From contig DASYLB010000044.1 in NCBI GenBank assembly GCA_036009765.1, positions 6,989 to 70,988 of the forward strand: a DNA stretch of 64,000 bases. Direction: 5' to 3'. The notes beneath the pieces were generated by a model. The model had not been told where the DNA came from. It did not search any database and saw nothing but the letters and a program-made list of their open reading frames with translations. The first letter of the stretch is position 1; each line of letters opens with the position of its first letter. Positions 51,424-61,676 of the stretch are shown piece by piece. Position numbers and translations under genes: made by a program. This DNA is from Pyrinomonadaceae bacterium. Its GTDB lineage: Bacteria; Acidobacteriota; Blastocatellia; Pyrinomonadales; Pyrinomonadaceae.

Positions 51424-54400
51424 ATGACGCAGAATTCTAGCTTTTCCCCCCGGCTTCTAATCCTGGCTATCGCTTGCCTGTTGTTTACTTGCGCCACTGC
51501 GTTTGCGCAAGACGTAACCGGCTCCCTTAGCGGCTCAGTCAAAGACTCGGTCGGCGCCGCTGTGAAAGGCGCAACCGTGACCATTACCGACAGCAGCAAG
51601 AAGGTAGTCGTGCGCACGGTCACCACAAATGATGACGGCGAGTTCTCAGTTCCGCTGCTGCCCGTAGCTTTTTACGATATCACTGTGGAAGCACCAAACT
51701 TTAAGAAGCACGTTGAGAACCAGGTCAAGCTCAATGTAAATGAGCGGCGCACGGTGGATATAAGTTTGGAGGCTGGTAACATTCAGGAAGTAGTCACCGT
51801 CACCTCAGAACTATTACAGGTGAATACGCAGTCGGCTACTGCCGGCAACGTGATCAACGGCGCTCAAGTGCGCGAGCTGTCTTTGAATAACCGCAACTTT
51901 GTTCAGCTCATCACTCTGTCACCCGGCGTTTCGGCAAACATCGCCGACCAGATTTATGTCGGCTCCACCAATCCCCAGGGTCAGTCAAACGCATTGCAAA
52001 TCTCGGTCAACGGTGTGAGATCAAGTTCCAATACGTACGCAGTGGATGGCGCGGACACTACCGACAGAGGCGCTAACTTGACAGTGCAAACCTATCCTTC
52101 AGTAGATGCCATTGCCGAGTTCACCGTTCTGCGCAGTCTTTATCCAGCCGAGTCCGGTCGCAGCGCAGGTGGTCAGGTAAACGTCGTCACGAAGAGTGGC
52201 TCGAGCGATTATCACGGAGACCTTTATGAGTTCGTGCGCAACGATAGATTGAACGCCAACACCTTCCAAATAAACAGAACGGCCCCGCTTGGCCTTGATT
52301 CGAACGGAAAAGCGAAACGTGCTCCCTTCAGGTATAACAACTTCGGAGGCACATTCGGCGGCCCAGTGATGCTGCCTCGATTTGGTGAAGGCGGTCCCAG
52401 TTATAAAAAGTTAAAGAATACATTCTTCTTTTACTCACAGGAGATGAGAAGAACAATTGTCTATCCGAGTTTTAGTACCACGGTCCCGACAGCAGGCCAG
52501 CGCCTGGGAGTTTTCGCGCAGCCAGTTTGCATCGGACCAGCCGCGAATCCGTGCGTAACAACTCTCAATGCGAATACACCGCTGCCGGCAAATCTCAGAA
52601 GCCCTCTGGCAAATGCTTATGTCCAGGATATTTTCAATAAGCTGCCGCTGCCCGCCGATGCGGCCGGTAACCTGTTCTTTCCCGCTCGAGGTGTTTTTAA
52701 TTTCACGCAGGAACTTGTGCGGCTCGATCACAAATTCAACGACAAGCTCTCGGTATACTATCGTTTTGAAAACGACTCAATACCAACTATTGACCCAATT
52801 GGGCTTTTCGGCCAGGGCGGTGGACAGCCATTTGTCTCGACTACGGAATCAAACTCGCCGGGACGTACTCACGTCGGTCGCGCGACCTTCGTACAGTCGG
52901 CGACGACGGTTTGGGAGTTTGGCGCCTCATACTCTTTCGGCGACGTTCCCAGTAAGGTCACCGGTCTGTTGGCCAACGAAAATTCACCGACTGTCGTAGG
53001 TAACTTGCCGGCGTTCTCCTTTCCCGCAACTAGAGGCCGGGTTCCCACGATTACCTCGAGTGGCTTTACGAATCTCCAAACGTTTGGGCCATACAGTGAT
53101 TTCTCCTTCAACAAGTCCGCGTTTGGGACACTTTCAAAGCTATTCGGGGCGCATACAACCAAGTATGGGATCAATGTCTCAAGAATCAGGAAGCACGAAA
53201 ACTCGCTTGGTGGCTTCAACGAAGTTCGATATAGCCCCGTCTCGACTACTCCGCTACGGCCTGCCGGAACAACTGCGGCAAATCAACTTTGGGCCAATTT
53301 CCTTATGGGCGTTAATCAGGTCTACACCCAAAACCAATTTGACCTGACTGCCGACCTGAGTTCGACCAGCATCGAGGCGTTTGCTCAGGATGAGTGGCGT
53401 TACAAGTCCAACATCACGCTGTACTACGGCGTGCGATTTTCACGTTTTGGTCAGCCCTGGGATCGTAATGGCCGGATGAGCAGTTTTAATCCGGCGGCTT
53501 ATAGTGCGAGCCAGGCTTTTCAAGTCACGGCCAACGGCAATCGCGTGGCAGGCACAGGAAATCCACTCAATGGAATCATGATGAACAGTCAGAATGTCGT
53601 AGCGGGGGCTGCGATTTCACCCTGGGGCAAGGCCGTCGCGCCAACTCGGAACAACTTTGCTCCTCGCGTGGGGATCGCCTGGGACCCGTTTAAGAAGGGT
53701 ACTACTTCGGTGAGGGCGGGATACGGAATGTACTTCGATCAGCTGTCCTTCAGTTTTGAGGAGACAGATTTGGTCGCACGAAACCCTCCCTTCCAACAAC
53801 AAGTAGTCATTAATCCCACCACGCTGGACAATCCGCTGGCAGGAACCACAGCCGTGAACCTTTCAGTTCAGGATGTCGGCGGCATCGATCAGAATTTTAA
53901 GACACCTTATGTGCAAAGCTGGTCGCTTGATGTCCAACATCAACTCGATCCCAAGACGCTCCTGACGGTCGGATACTTTGGCTCGCGAGGCACGCACTTG
54001 TCAGGTCTGCTCGACAAGAATCTTTTGCCGCCAGGCTACGCGATTAGTCTTGGTGCGACCGGGTGTCGAACTAACAACGTCAATCCGCCTACGTTTGGTC
54101 CCTGCCAGACTGCGGGACAAGTTTTTACGAGTTCGACTCAGGAGTTGCTTCTCAACCAAATCCGACCGTTCAGAGGCTACGGCGCGGTCCGTATGCTGGA
54201 GACGAGGTTCAACTCAAACTATCACAGTCTTCAGGTAAGTGGTCAGCGGAGATTTTCTCGCACCAGCCAGCTGAATCTCGCTTACACCTGGTCGAAAAAT
54301 ATGACGAACGCCCAGAACGAATCTGGGACGGCTCCGCAGAACCCCTACGATCTTCGCTCAGAATATGCGCGAGCCAATCTGGATCGGCGTCACGTCCTGA

Positions 54401-54930
54401 GCATCAACTATATTTACGAGTTGCCGTTCTTTGAACGCCAGGCAAACTTCAAAGAGAAGGTGCTCGGCGGCTGGCAAATTTCGGGCATTACCTATTTCTT
54501 TACCGGCCTGGGCTTCAGTCCTGCGACTTCATCGAACGATCCATCCGGACTTGGACTCCTCGGCAGCTCGCCATCAGCTGCCCGCCCCGACGTGATTTGC
54601 GATCCGAATGCTAATGGGCCGCATACCTTTACGCAGTGGTACAACACTGCCTGCTTTGTGAATCCGCCGGCTGGAGTGAATCGGGTCGGCAACGCGGGCC
54701 GCAACACCATCCTGGGTCCCTCCACGACACGATTCGACGCGACGCTGGCCAAGAGCATCAAGTTCAGCGAATCGAAGTCAGTCCAGTTGCGGTGGGAGGT
54801 CTTTAATATCTTCAACCATACGAACTTCACAACACTGGGCCTAAACATTACAACTCCTGCGTCTTATGGATTTGTGACCGCGGTGCGCGATCCGCGCTCG
54901 ATGCAGCTCGGTGCGAAGTTTATCTTCTAG
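51424..54930 (+). CDS. Oar-like TonB-dependent receptor with N-terminal CarboxypepD_reg domain (paralog)
   Basis: Signal peptide. GSLSGSVKDSVGAAVKGATVTITD. Plug-like VSVNGVRSSSNTYAVDGAD. Barrel ending RSMQLGAKFIF. Confidence 0.85.
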   Translation: MTQNSSFSPRLLILAIACLLFTCATAFAQDVTGSLSGSVKDSVGAAVKGATVTITDSSKKVVVRTVTTNDDGEFSVPLLPVAFYDITVEAPNFKKHVENQVKLNVNERRTVDISLEAGNIQEVVTVTSELLQVNTQSATAGNVINGAQVRELSLNNRNFVQLITLSPGVSANIADQIYVGSTNPQGQSNALQISVNGVRSSSNTYAVDGADTTDRGANLTVQTYPSVDAIAEFTVLRSLYPAESGRSAGGQVNVVTKSGSSDYHGDLYEFVRNDRLNANTFQINRTAPLGLDSNGKAKRAPFRYNNFGGTFGGPVMLPRFGEGGPSYKKLKNTFFFYSQEMRRTIVYPSFSTTVPTAGQRLGVFAQPVCIGPAANPCVTTLNANTPLPANLRSPLANAYVQDIFNKLPLPADAAGNLFFPARGVFNFTQELVRLDHKFNDKLSVYYRFENDSIPTIDPIGLFGQGGGQPFVSTTESNSPGRTHVGRATFVQSATTVWEFGASYSFGDVPSKVTGLLANENSPTVVGNLPAFSFPATRGRVPTITSSGFTNLQTFGPYSDFSFNKSAFGTLSKLFGAHTTKYGINVSRIRKHENSLGGFNEVRYSPVSTTPLRPAGTTAANQLWANFLMGVNQVYTQNQFDLTADLSSTSIEAFAQDEWRYKSNITLYYGVRFSRFGQPWDRNGRMSSFNPAAYSASQAFQVTANGNRVAGTGNPLNGIMMNSQNVVAGAAISPWGKAVAPTRNNFAPRVGIAWDPFKKGTTSVRAGYGMYFDQLSFSFEETDLVARNPPFQQQVVINPTTLDNPLAGTTAVNLSVQDVGGIDQNFKTPYVQSWSLDVQHQLDPKTLLTVGYFGSRGTHLSGLLDKNLLPPGYAISLGATGCRTNNVNPPTFGPCQTAGQVFTSSTQELLLNQIRPFRGYGAVRMLETRFNSNYHSLQVSGQRRFSRTSQLNLAYTWSKNMTNAQNESGTAPQNPYDLRSEYARANLDRRHVLSINYIYELPFFERQANFKEKVLGGWQISGITYFFTGLGFSPATSSNDPSGLGLLGSSPSAARPDVICDPNANGPHTFTQWYNTACFVNPPAGVNRVGNAGRNTILGPSTTRFDATLAKSIKFSESKSVQLRWEVFNIFNHTNFTTLGLNITTPASYGFVTAVRDPRSMQLGAKFIF

Positions 54931-54954
54931 CCGTTACTTGGCAGCAGCACAACC

Positions 54955-54990
54955 CGAATGCCCGCAGCGCGAAAGTGGTGCGGGCATTCG
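54955..54990 (+). terminator. Stem-loop downstream of receptor 2 (weak terminator candidate)
   Basis: 12-bp stem CGAATGCCCGCA / TGCGGGCATTCG. Only a short T-run follows. Confidence 0.4.
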
Positions 54991-55132
54991 CACGTTTGGC
55001 TGCCCAATCAAATACTGATTAAATGACTTCATGAGTGCTTCGGATAAAAGTTTGCTCCGCAATGTTCGGGAAGCGCGCTGAGCAGCTTGTAGGCTTTGAC
55101 ACCTTGGTGAGGTTTTGCGATTCAACTCATCC

Positions 55133-55161
55133 TTGACACTCGCAGTCTACAGGCTTAGCAT
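55133..55161 (+). promoter_or_regulatory. Sigma70-like promoter candidate for the glycine-rich protein gene
   Basis: TTGACA (55133-55138), 17-nt spacer, TAGCAT (55156-55161). Confidence 0.35.
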
Positions 55162-55382
55162 CGCGTTAGAGTTGAACTCTCACGGAAACTATCGGAATCG
55201 AAGATCACGTTTGATCGTGTCTCTTCAAGCACACTTCTTCCCCCGTACACGTCGGTACAACGACTGAACCGAGCCGGTTGAATTCACTACCGCGGCGTCC
55301 TTCGCTACATCCTGTTAATCCGCCGTCCCCTGGTAGCCGCATTTCCCTGGCTCATCCCCGACATCACCAAGAAGGAGGAGAA

Positions 55383-57455
55383 ATGACAAGACTGTCTCTA
55401 TCACTCTGTCTTATGGTTGCGTTGCTCGGGCAGGTAATAAGCCAATCCGATAAAAAGACGGCGCCACTTTCGCAAGCGGCGGCGCATGTGGCCAAACAGG
55501 AGCGCGCCCTCAAACGGCGGGCGTCGTTCAACTCCACCCGAGAATTGCTGCGAAAGGAAAATGTTCCATTTGATCCGGAACTCTTGTTGAGCAGCAACTG
55601 GCGCAAGATGTTGGCGGGAACGCTGGCGGCAATGCCACAGATGCACGCGGTGCGTGGCGAAGCTGGGAATTTGCGAGGCGCCTACCTGGCAGACGTCCTC
55701 CGCTTACCCGAGCGCGTGACGCTTACCGGAGACACCGTCATTCTGGCGAACAAAGTCGTTTTTGACGGAACTGACGTTCTTATTAGTGGGCCATATGATT
55801 TCTCTCTCCTGGCGGTGGAACAAGTGGGTACCCTGGCTGACTCTGCTCGCTCAGCTGACAGTGAAGGCGCGCCGACTTTCCTCAAGACCAACTTCACACC
55901 TCGAGAGAGCCTGAGCAATGCGGTTGTCTCCCAGAGCCACATTACTATCGACGTGAGTGGAGGAATTCGTCGTAAGATCACTCAGAGTTTCAATACCCGA
56001 GGACCGCTAACTGATAGCGGGTTTGCGATCGTTCCCACTAGCTGGGGCGGAAGTTTGAAGGAAATGCCGGCGTTTCTCACTCAGAGCAGCGACGGAGCGC
56101 CGGGCTCGCCGGGATCAAATGGAGGCAATGGTGCTAACGGAGACAACGGAAGAAATGGAGAAGAAGGAAGATTTGGAAACTGCAATGAGGATGGCGGCAA
56201 TGCTCCTACTCTCGGATTGTCATCACCTTCGGAAGGCCACGCCGGTGTGAAAGGGGGAGACGGTGGGACCGGAGGCACGGGTGACCACGGAGGGACTGTT
56301 AACCTGGATATACCAGCCGGATCCACATCCACCTTTACCTTAAGCGCGAAAGGAGGAGCCGGTGGGCCAGGTGGCGGTGGCGGAAATGGTGGCGATGGCG
56401 GTGACGGTGGCAACGGCGGTAATGGCGGGGGCTCCGCCAGACAATGCGCCTGCACGGATCATCCGGGCAAAGGCGGTAACGCCAGCAGTGGCAAGAACGC
56501 CGGCGCCGGTGGCGATGGCGGCAAGGGAGGAAATGGAGGCCAGGGAGGTTCAGGAGGGACGATCAATGTCACCTACTACTCCAGTCAGGCCTTTAACTTT
56601 ACTGCCGATGCCTCCGGAGGTGATCGAGGTGAGAAAGGAATCGGAGGCCAGGGCGGACAAGCCGGTACTCACGGCAATGGCGGACAGGGCGGTGTGGGCG
56701 GCGCGCTAATGGATTCCTGCCCACCGCCGCGAGAAGGTGCGAATGGAAATAACGGAGACGATGGCCTGCCGGCGTCTCCGGGTTTTGACAGTGCCGACGG
56801 GACAATTGGCACATTTGGCTCAAACGGCACTCTGAACTTAACGGAGTTTGAGGAGTCATGCGATGAGGGTGAGGAGTGGGTGTGCCATCAGGACCACGCC
56901 CTCTGGTACGGTTTTCCTGAGTGCTATTGCGAATACACTCCGATCATCATCGATACCGCGGGCGATGGGTTCGCGCTTACAGATGCAGCCCATGGTGTGC
57001 TATTTGATTTGAACCTCGATGGTACTCCGGAACGTCTTGCCTGGACGACCGCCAAGTCCGACGATGCCTGGCTAGCCCTTGATCGCAATGGCAATGGGCT
57101 TATAGACAACGGCAAGGAACTATTCGGAAACAGTGCCAGCTGGGCCAACGGTTTTCTCGCGCTCCGTGATTATGATCAAGCCGAAAACGGTGGCAACGGT
57201 GATGGCGCTATCACCAGTCGAGATTCCCTTTACGCCGGCTTGCGACTCTGGAAAGATGCAAATCACAACGGGATATCAGAACAGGGCGAATTACATACGC
57301 TATCAAGTTTGGGGGTAGCGTCGATCTCAGTTGATTACAACGAGTCGCGCCTCAGAGATGAATACGGGAATCTGTTCCGCTACCGGGCAAAGGTAGGCGG
57401 AAGCTCAAACGTGGGACGGTGGGCCTACGATGTGTTCCTCGTTTCGAGTCATTGA
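55383..57455 (+). CDS. Secreted glycine-rich (GGX/PGRS-like) repeat protein with Cys-rich linker and C-terminal EF-hand-type calcium-binding domain
   Basis: GAAGGAGGAG RBS precedes ATG 55383. Signal peptide [21 protein letters not shown]. Blocks such as [26 protein letters not shown] alternate with short beta-like segments. C-terminal loops [13 protein letters not shown] and [12 protein letters not shown]. Confidence 0.7.
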   Translation: MTRLSLSLCLMVALLGQVISQSDKKTAPLSQAAAHVAKQERALKRRASFNSTRELLRKENVPFDPELLLSSNWRKMLAGTLAAMPQMHAVRGEAGNLRGAYLADVLRLPERVTLTGDTVILANKVVFDGTDVLISGPYDFSLLAVEQVGTLADSARSADSEGAPTFLKTNFTPRESLSNAVVSQSHITIDVSGGIRRKITQSFNTRGPLTDSGFAIVPTSWGGSLKEMPAFLTQSSDGAPGSPGSNGGNGANGDNGRNGEEGRFGNCNEDGGNAPTLGLSSPSEGHAGVKGGDGGTGGTGDHGGTVNLDIPAGSTSTFTLSAKGGAGGPGGGGGNGGDGGDGGNGGNGGGSARQCACTDHPGKGGNASSGKNAGAGGDGGKGGNGGQGGSGGTINVTYYSSQAFNFTADASGGDRGEKGIGGQGGQAGTHGNGGQGGVGGALMDSCPPPREGANGNNGDDGLPASPGFDSADGTIGTFGSNGTLNLTEFEESCDEGEEWVCHQDHALWYGFPECYCEYTPIIIDTAGDGFALTDAAHGVLFDLNLDGTPERLAWTTAKSDDAWLALDRNGNGLIDNGKELFGNSASWANGFLALRDYDQAENGGNGDGAITSRDSLYAGLRLWKDANHNGISEQGELHTLSSLGVASISVDYNESRLRDEYGNLFRYRAKVGGSSNVGRWAYDVFLVSSH

Positions 57456-57595
57456 TACCAACGGAGGCGAGAATAAGTCTCCTGAAATTCCGAAAGGGTT
57501 TGTCCTCATTGCCGGATGAATGGCGCCCGCCAGGTGCTCACACCTTGCGGGCGCGACGTTTGGTCAGACGATCGAATTCCTGATTTAATGCCTCC

Positions 57596-58789
57596 ATGAC
57601 TCTTACCTCCGGCGGAAGGAATATCCACCTGCGTAACGCCCGCATCGTTTTGCGGGAACGCGTCCTCCAGCGGACGTCTCTTCTGCTTCAAGACGGACGA
57701 ATCGCAAAGGTGTTTGAGATGACGCCTCAACTCGGGACTAATGAATTCGAAATTGATATCGATGCTTCAGGTCTAACGCTTTTTCCCGGCTTCATAGATG
57801 TGCATATTCATGGCGCGGTCGGCGTTGACACCATGGCAGCAACCGGGGCGGACCTTGATCGAGTTTCGCAATTCCTGGCGACGCGCGGCGTGACTGGCTG
57901 GCTGCCAACGCTGGTTCCGGCGTCCCAAGAAGAGTATGCGCAAGCGATCAAGGCAATCGACGACGCTTCAAGCTCAAGCAAAGGCGCGCGTATTCTCGGC
58001 GTCCATTACGAAGGGCCTTTCGTAAATTCCGCCCAGTGCGGCGCGTTGCATGAACAATTCTTTCGATCCTATACGACGCCGGACGATCTGGACTGCCTAC
58101 CAACCGTCGCCGCCGCAGGCGCCAAACACATGATCACCTTAGCGCCTGAGATCGATGGCGGCCTCGAACTGGTGCGCGAGCTCAATCGTCGGAATTGGAT
58201 TGTTTCTGTTGGTCACACGCACGCCACGTTCGACTTACTTGAGCAAGTCGCAGCCGCCGGCGCGCGTCATCTGACCCACTTTATGAATGCCATGCCACCG
58301 CTCCACCATCGCGCGCCCGGGCCGATCGGCTGGGCGCTTTCCCGCGACGACGTTACCTGCGACTTCATCGCCGATGGCATTCACCTCGATCCGCAAATGC
58401 TGCGGCTATTGCTGAAACTGAAGGGTGCGGATCGTTTGTCGTTGATAAGCGATGCCATAGCAGCGGCAGGAATGGGAGACGGCAACTACAAGATATGGGG
58501 AGAGACCATCAGCGTTAAGAATGGCTGCACCAGCAACCGGGGCGGCACTATCGCCGGTTCAGTGATCACAATGCACGACGCTGCGCGCATGATGCTATCT
58601 CTTGGGGCGTCAGAAATTGAAATTGCGAAGATGGCCGCGACCAATCCAGCACGGCTATTGGGAATTGATCAAGACTGCGGGTCAATTGAAGCAGGGAAGC
58701 GTGCTGACCTTGTAGCAGTTGACGCCGAAGGCAACGTCGCCTTGACCATAATCGGTGGGCAGGTCGTCTTCGAAGCGCGAAAAAAATAA
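57596..58789 (+). CDS. nagA: N-acetylglucosamine-6-phosphate deacetylase
   Basis: FPGFIDVHIHGAVGVD, HYEGPF, ITLAPE, GHTHAT, THFMNAM and LISDA motifs. Confidence 0.9.
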   Translation: MTLTSGGRNIHLRNARIVLRERVLQRTSLLLQDGRIAKVFEMTPQLGTNEFEIDIDASGLTLFPGFIDVHIHGAVGVDTMAATGADLDRVSQFLATRGVTGWLPTLVPASQEEYAQAIKAIDDASSSSKGARILGVHYEGPFVNSAQCGALHEQFFRSYTTPDDLDCLPTVAAAGAKHMITLAPEIDGGLELVRELNRRNWIVSVGHTHATFDLLEQVAAAGARHLTHFMNAMPPLHHRAPGPIGWALSRDDVTCDFIADGIHLDPQMLRLLLKLKGADRLSLISDAIAAAGMGDGNYKIWGETISVKNGCTSNRGGTIAGSVITMHDAARMMLSLGASEIEIAKMAATNPARLLGIDQDCGSIEAGKRADLVAVDAEGNVALTIIGGQVVFEARKK

Positions 58790-58825
58790 CGATTGAACAG
58801 ATTCAACCGTTTTGCACAAAGGCAA

Positions 58826-58969
58826 AAAGAGCGGGGGCAAGCCCGCCTTCCCGACCCTGAGACTCCTAAGCTTTCTCGATTGCTTCACATTGAAAGCCGT
58901 TCAACGTGAGATCAGAATCTCAACGCTGATCAGCTCGGGGTGAGGAAGGTGGGCTTGCCCCCGCTCTTC
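58826..58969. repeat. MITE family A, complete copy
   Basis: AAGAGCGGGGGCAAGCCCGCCTTCCCGACC ... GGTGAGGAAGGTGGGCTTGCCCCCGCTCTTCC. The flanking TTGCACAAAGGCAAAA / TTTTTTGCAAAG extends the pairing. Confidence 0.8.
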
Positions 58970-59013
58970 CTGCTTTTTTGCAAAGCCCGCTGAATTAACT
59001 TCGCGCTACTCAC

Positions 59014-60357
59014 TCATTTCGTATCACCGCTGCTGTAGAATCCTGCTTGCGCGTAAGCTTCGTCCAACAATTCCACGGGATGACAGACTGCTAGTTTCAT
59101 TCCTGCGAGCAGCGCGCCGGCTCCTATTTGCATTTGGCAGCCAGGATTTCCGGTGGCCAGAGTATTCGCGTGCGTCGCCTGAATGTTCGCAAGCTTTTCG
59201 GCGAGTACGCTCGCCGACAGATCCGGTTCGAGCAAGTTATAGATCCCGGCACCGCCACAACACCTCTCAGAACCTGCGAGCGGTACGAAACTAATCTTAG
59301 AAACGGCCGCCACTAATTTCAGCGGCGCTTCGCCCGCTCGCTGTCCGTAAAGCAAGTGACAAGATGAGTCGTAGGTTACGGTCTGCTCCATAGAGCTCGC
59401 GGCTTCCTTGATCTCAACAGACTCCAATTGTTGACTGACATCTCGCACGCGAGCGCTGAAGCAGCGCGCTCGTTCAGCAAATTCAGAGTCATCTCGGAGG
59501 AGATGTGCGTAAGAAACCAGCATCGCCCCACACCCGCCGGCGTTGGTGATGATCGGGTCGTCTTCGATCGTTGCGCCGGATTCAAACGCGGCGATATTTT
59601 TGCGCGCGAGTATGCACGCCCCTTCGAGATCGCCGGCGTGCGCATGCAGCGCTCCGCAGCAGACTTGTGCCGCGGGAGTCTGCACTGCAAAACCATTTAC
59701 TCTGAGCACACGCTCGGTCGCATCGTTCACGCGGGAGAAGAGTCCGGCGCCAACACAGCCGGTGAAGAGCATTGTGTTGCCGGTTCCGTTATTTCCGGCC
59801 CCGCGAAAGTCAACATTTGCTTTCCCGGGTGCGGGAGACGAGCTTTCGAGTAATGCGAGGCCGAACTGGAGTCGCCGGGAAAACAGTTTCGCAATTCCGG
59901 ACCTTCGCATCGCTCGAGCCAAGCCGCTGTCACGAATCAAACGCGACATCGCAAACAGAAACTTCAAACGCGCCGGATGTAACCAAACATGCTTCAGTAT
60001 CACTCGCAAAACGCGATAGCTGAACCCGCGTTTGTGGTCAGACTGAAACAGTTCACCGCGCGCAGCTTCCAGAAGTTCGCCATACTCGACGCCGGCGGGA
60101 CATACCTGCTCGCAGGCGCAGCAGCCGAGACAACGATCGATGTGGCGTTCGAACGACGGGGAATCGTTTGCCAACCGGCCCTCGCCGACGGCACGCATCA
60201 GATATAGCCGACCACGCGGTCCGTCGTTCTCATCGCCAGTGATTACGTAGGTGGGACAAGCCTCGAGACACAGGCCACAGTGGATGCACGCGAGTAGCTT
60301 CTCCTCTTCTCGCTGGAGTGTTGACGTCAGAGTCGTTGAGTTTTGTCTGCTCTGCAA
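59014..60357 (-). CDS. GlcF-like (Fe-S)-binding oxidoreductase subunit with two CCG domains
   Basis: Two 4Fe-4S ferredoxin motifs (CIHCGLCLEACPTY, CLGCCACEQVCPAGV) plus Cys-rich CCG repeats. TTG start at 60357; start uncertain. Confidence 0.75.
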   Translation of the reverse strand: MQSRQNSTTLTSTLQREEEKLLACIHCGLCLEACPTYVITGDENDGPRGRLYLMRAVGEGRLANDSPSFERHIDRCLGCCACEQVCPAGVEYGELLEAARGELFQSDHKRGFSYRVLRVILKHVWLHPARLKFLFAMSRLIRDSGLARAMRRSGIAKLFSRRLQFGLALLESSSPAPGKANVDFRGAGNNGTGNTMLFTGCVGAGLFSRVNDATERVLRVNGFAVQTPAAQVCCGALHAHAGDLEGACILARKNIAAFESGATIEDDPIITNAGGCGAMLVSYAHLLRDDSEFAERARCFSARVRDVSQQLESVEIKEAASSMEQTVTYDSSCHLLYGQRAGEAPLKLVAAVSKISFVPLAGSERCCGGAGIYNLLEPDLSASVLAEKLANIQATHANTLATGNPGCQMQIGAGALLAGMKLAVCHPVELLDEAYAQAGFYSSGDTK

Positions 60358-60641
60358 GATTAACCCGTCATTGCGCTTCGTTGAATTGGGAACCGATCAA
60401 GCAGGAGTATAACAGCCGAGCCGATGAGAATCGCTCCCAGTATCACTTTGCTGTCCTAACGTTGTGTGGCTAAGAATCCCGTCTAAGAAATCTTGCGAAG
60501 CAGGCACGGAACAGAGCAGTGGCTCGACAATAATGGAGGCCTTCAACTCGAACCATAGCGCCCCTCCATTACTGTCGGACGACGCGGCAACGCAGCTTTA
60601 GCGCACCGCAACCTAAGGCGGGTCACAAGCAGTCTGAAGAA

Positions 60642-61370
60642 TTAGGCCTGGGCTTGTTTGGCGGTTTCGCTTTGGGTGGCGGCGTAGACTTTTTTGCCGC
60701 CATAAAGACGTTGCCGGACCTTGTCCGGAAAACGGGTCTGGAAAACGAAATCCAGTATGCCGCTACTGGTGCCGAAGCCTCTTGTCATCCCCTGCGAGGT
60801 GTGATGATAGAGGTGATGCTTCTTCATGTAACGGAAGTAGGGATCCTTAAAATTGGAGAAGTGGGTTGCGTGATGAATCCACTCTTCGGCGATATAGGAT
60901 TGGAACGCAAAGGCAACCACAATCGAGGCGGTGTAGGGTGGAAAGAGCAAAATGCTTAGCGGCACACCAGTCAGGAAGAGCGGTAACAGATCGCGCACGC
61001 GTCCGCTCATGTGATCGCCGTCAAATGGTTTCTCGTGATGGCCGAAATGCGTTGGGTCGAGATACTTGTTCGCCAGAATGGAAAAGGGGCGCTTGAAGCG
61101 TCGCTGCGACACCTTCCAGTGGCGGTGCAAAATGAAGCGATGCGAAAAATATTCCGTCAACATCCAAAACAGTATGCCGCCGGGAATGAATGCGATCGCG
61201 CGCAACAGGTGACCTGAGCGATAGGCGAAGAGCATCAGGATCAGTGAATAAGTCGTATAGAAAGCGGTGGTCTTGTAGATTTTGCGCCGGGAGATGACTT
61301 CCTGCGCACGCTTGTACACGCGATAGGGGTGTTCCTTGCGCCTTCTATTAAGGGGTAGATCAGGGGTCAT
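60642..61370 (-). CDS. Fatty acid hydroxylase / sterol desaturase superfamily membrane protein
   Basis: Histidine boxes HRFILHRH, HFGHHEKP and HHLYHH, plus TM helices. Confidence 0.8.
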   Translation of the reverse strand: MTPDLPLNRRRKEHPYRVYKRAQEVISRRKIYKTTAFYTTYSLILMLFAYRSGHLLRAIAFIPGGILFWMLTEYFSHRFILHRHWKVSQRRFKRPFSILANKYLDPTHFGHHEKPFDGDHMSGRVRDLLPLFLTGVPLSILLFPPYTASIVVAFAFQSYIAEEWIHHATHFSNFKDPYFRYMKKHHLYHHTSQGMTRGFGTSSGILDFVFQTRFPDKVRQRLYGGKKVYAATQSETAKQAQA

Positions 61371-61547
61371 TCAGGCACTAACCTCGATTGATTTGATGAT
61401 TGCTAACAGTCGGAGATTCTGGCTGAAGTTGGTTTAACTAGTCAATAGCTGACGCGATCGTCATTCAAGTTTTTGCCGGTAAGCCCTTACTGCGGCGCGC
61501 AGGTTCTCTTTGCCGTGCACGATAAAGCGGTTTGTTATCATTCGCTT

Positions 61548-61676
61548 ATGGACTGCAAAATCATTACGATTGAACCTGGCAAGCGCAGCGGCAAGCCGTG
61601 CATTCGAGGAATACGTATTACAGTCACTGTCGTGCCCGTTTCATTAAACGAGGCAGCCCGAAGGGTTGCGAGATAG
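61548..61676 (+). pseudogene. DUF433 (antitoxin-like) gene remnant, 3'-truncated
   Basis: MDCKIITIEPGKRSGKPCIRGIRITV matches the DUF433 core (GKPxIxGTRI). The reading frame then degenerates and stops where the family D repeat begins. Confidence 0.5.

Noticed and set aside
56081-56455. Proline-rich ORF ([15 protein letters not shown]) on the minus strand
   Set aside because: It is the reverse complement of the GGN-rich glycine blocks of the plus-strand gene. That gene has a signal peptide, an RBS and flanking globular domains.
55900-56760. Glycine-rich region as a collagen-like triple-helix domain
   Set aside because: There is no sustained G-X-Y periodicity. The blocks are GGX/GGXGG, interrupted by strand-like segments.
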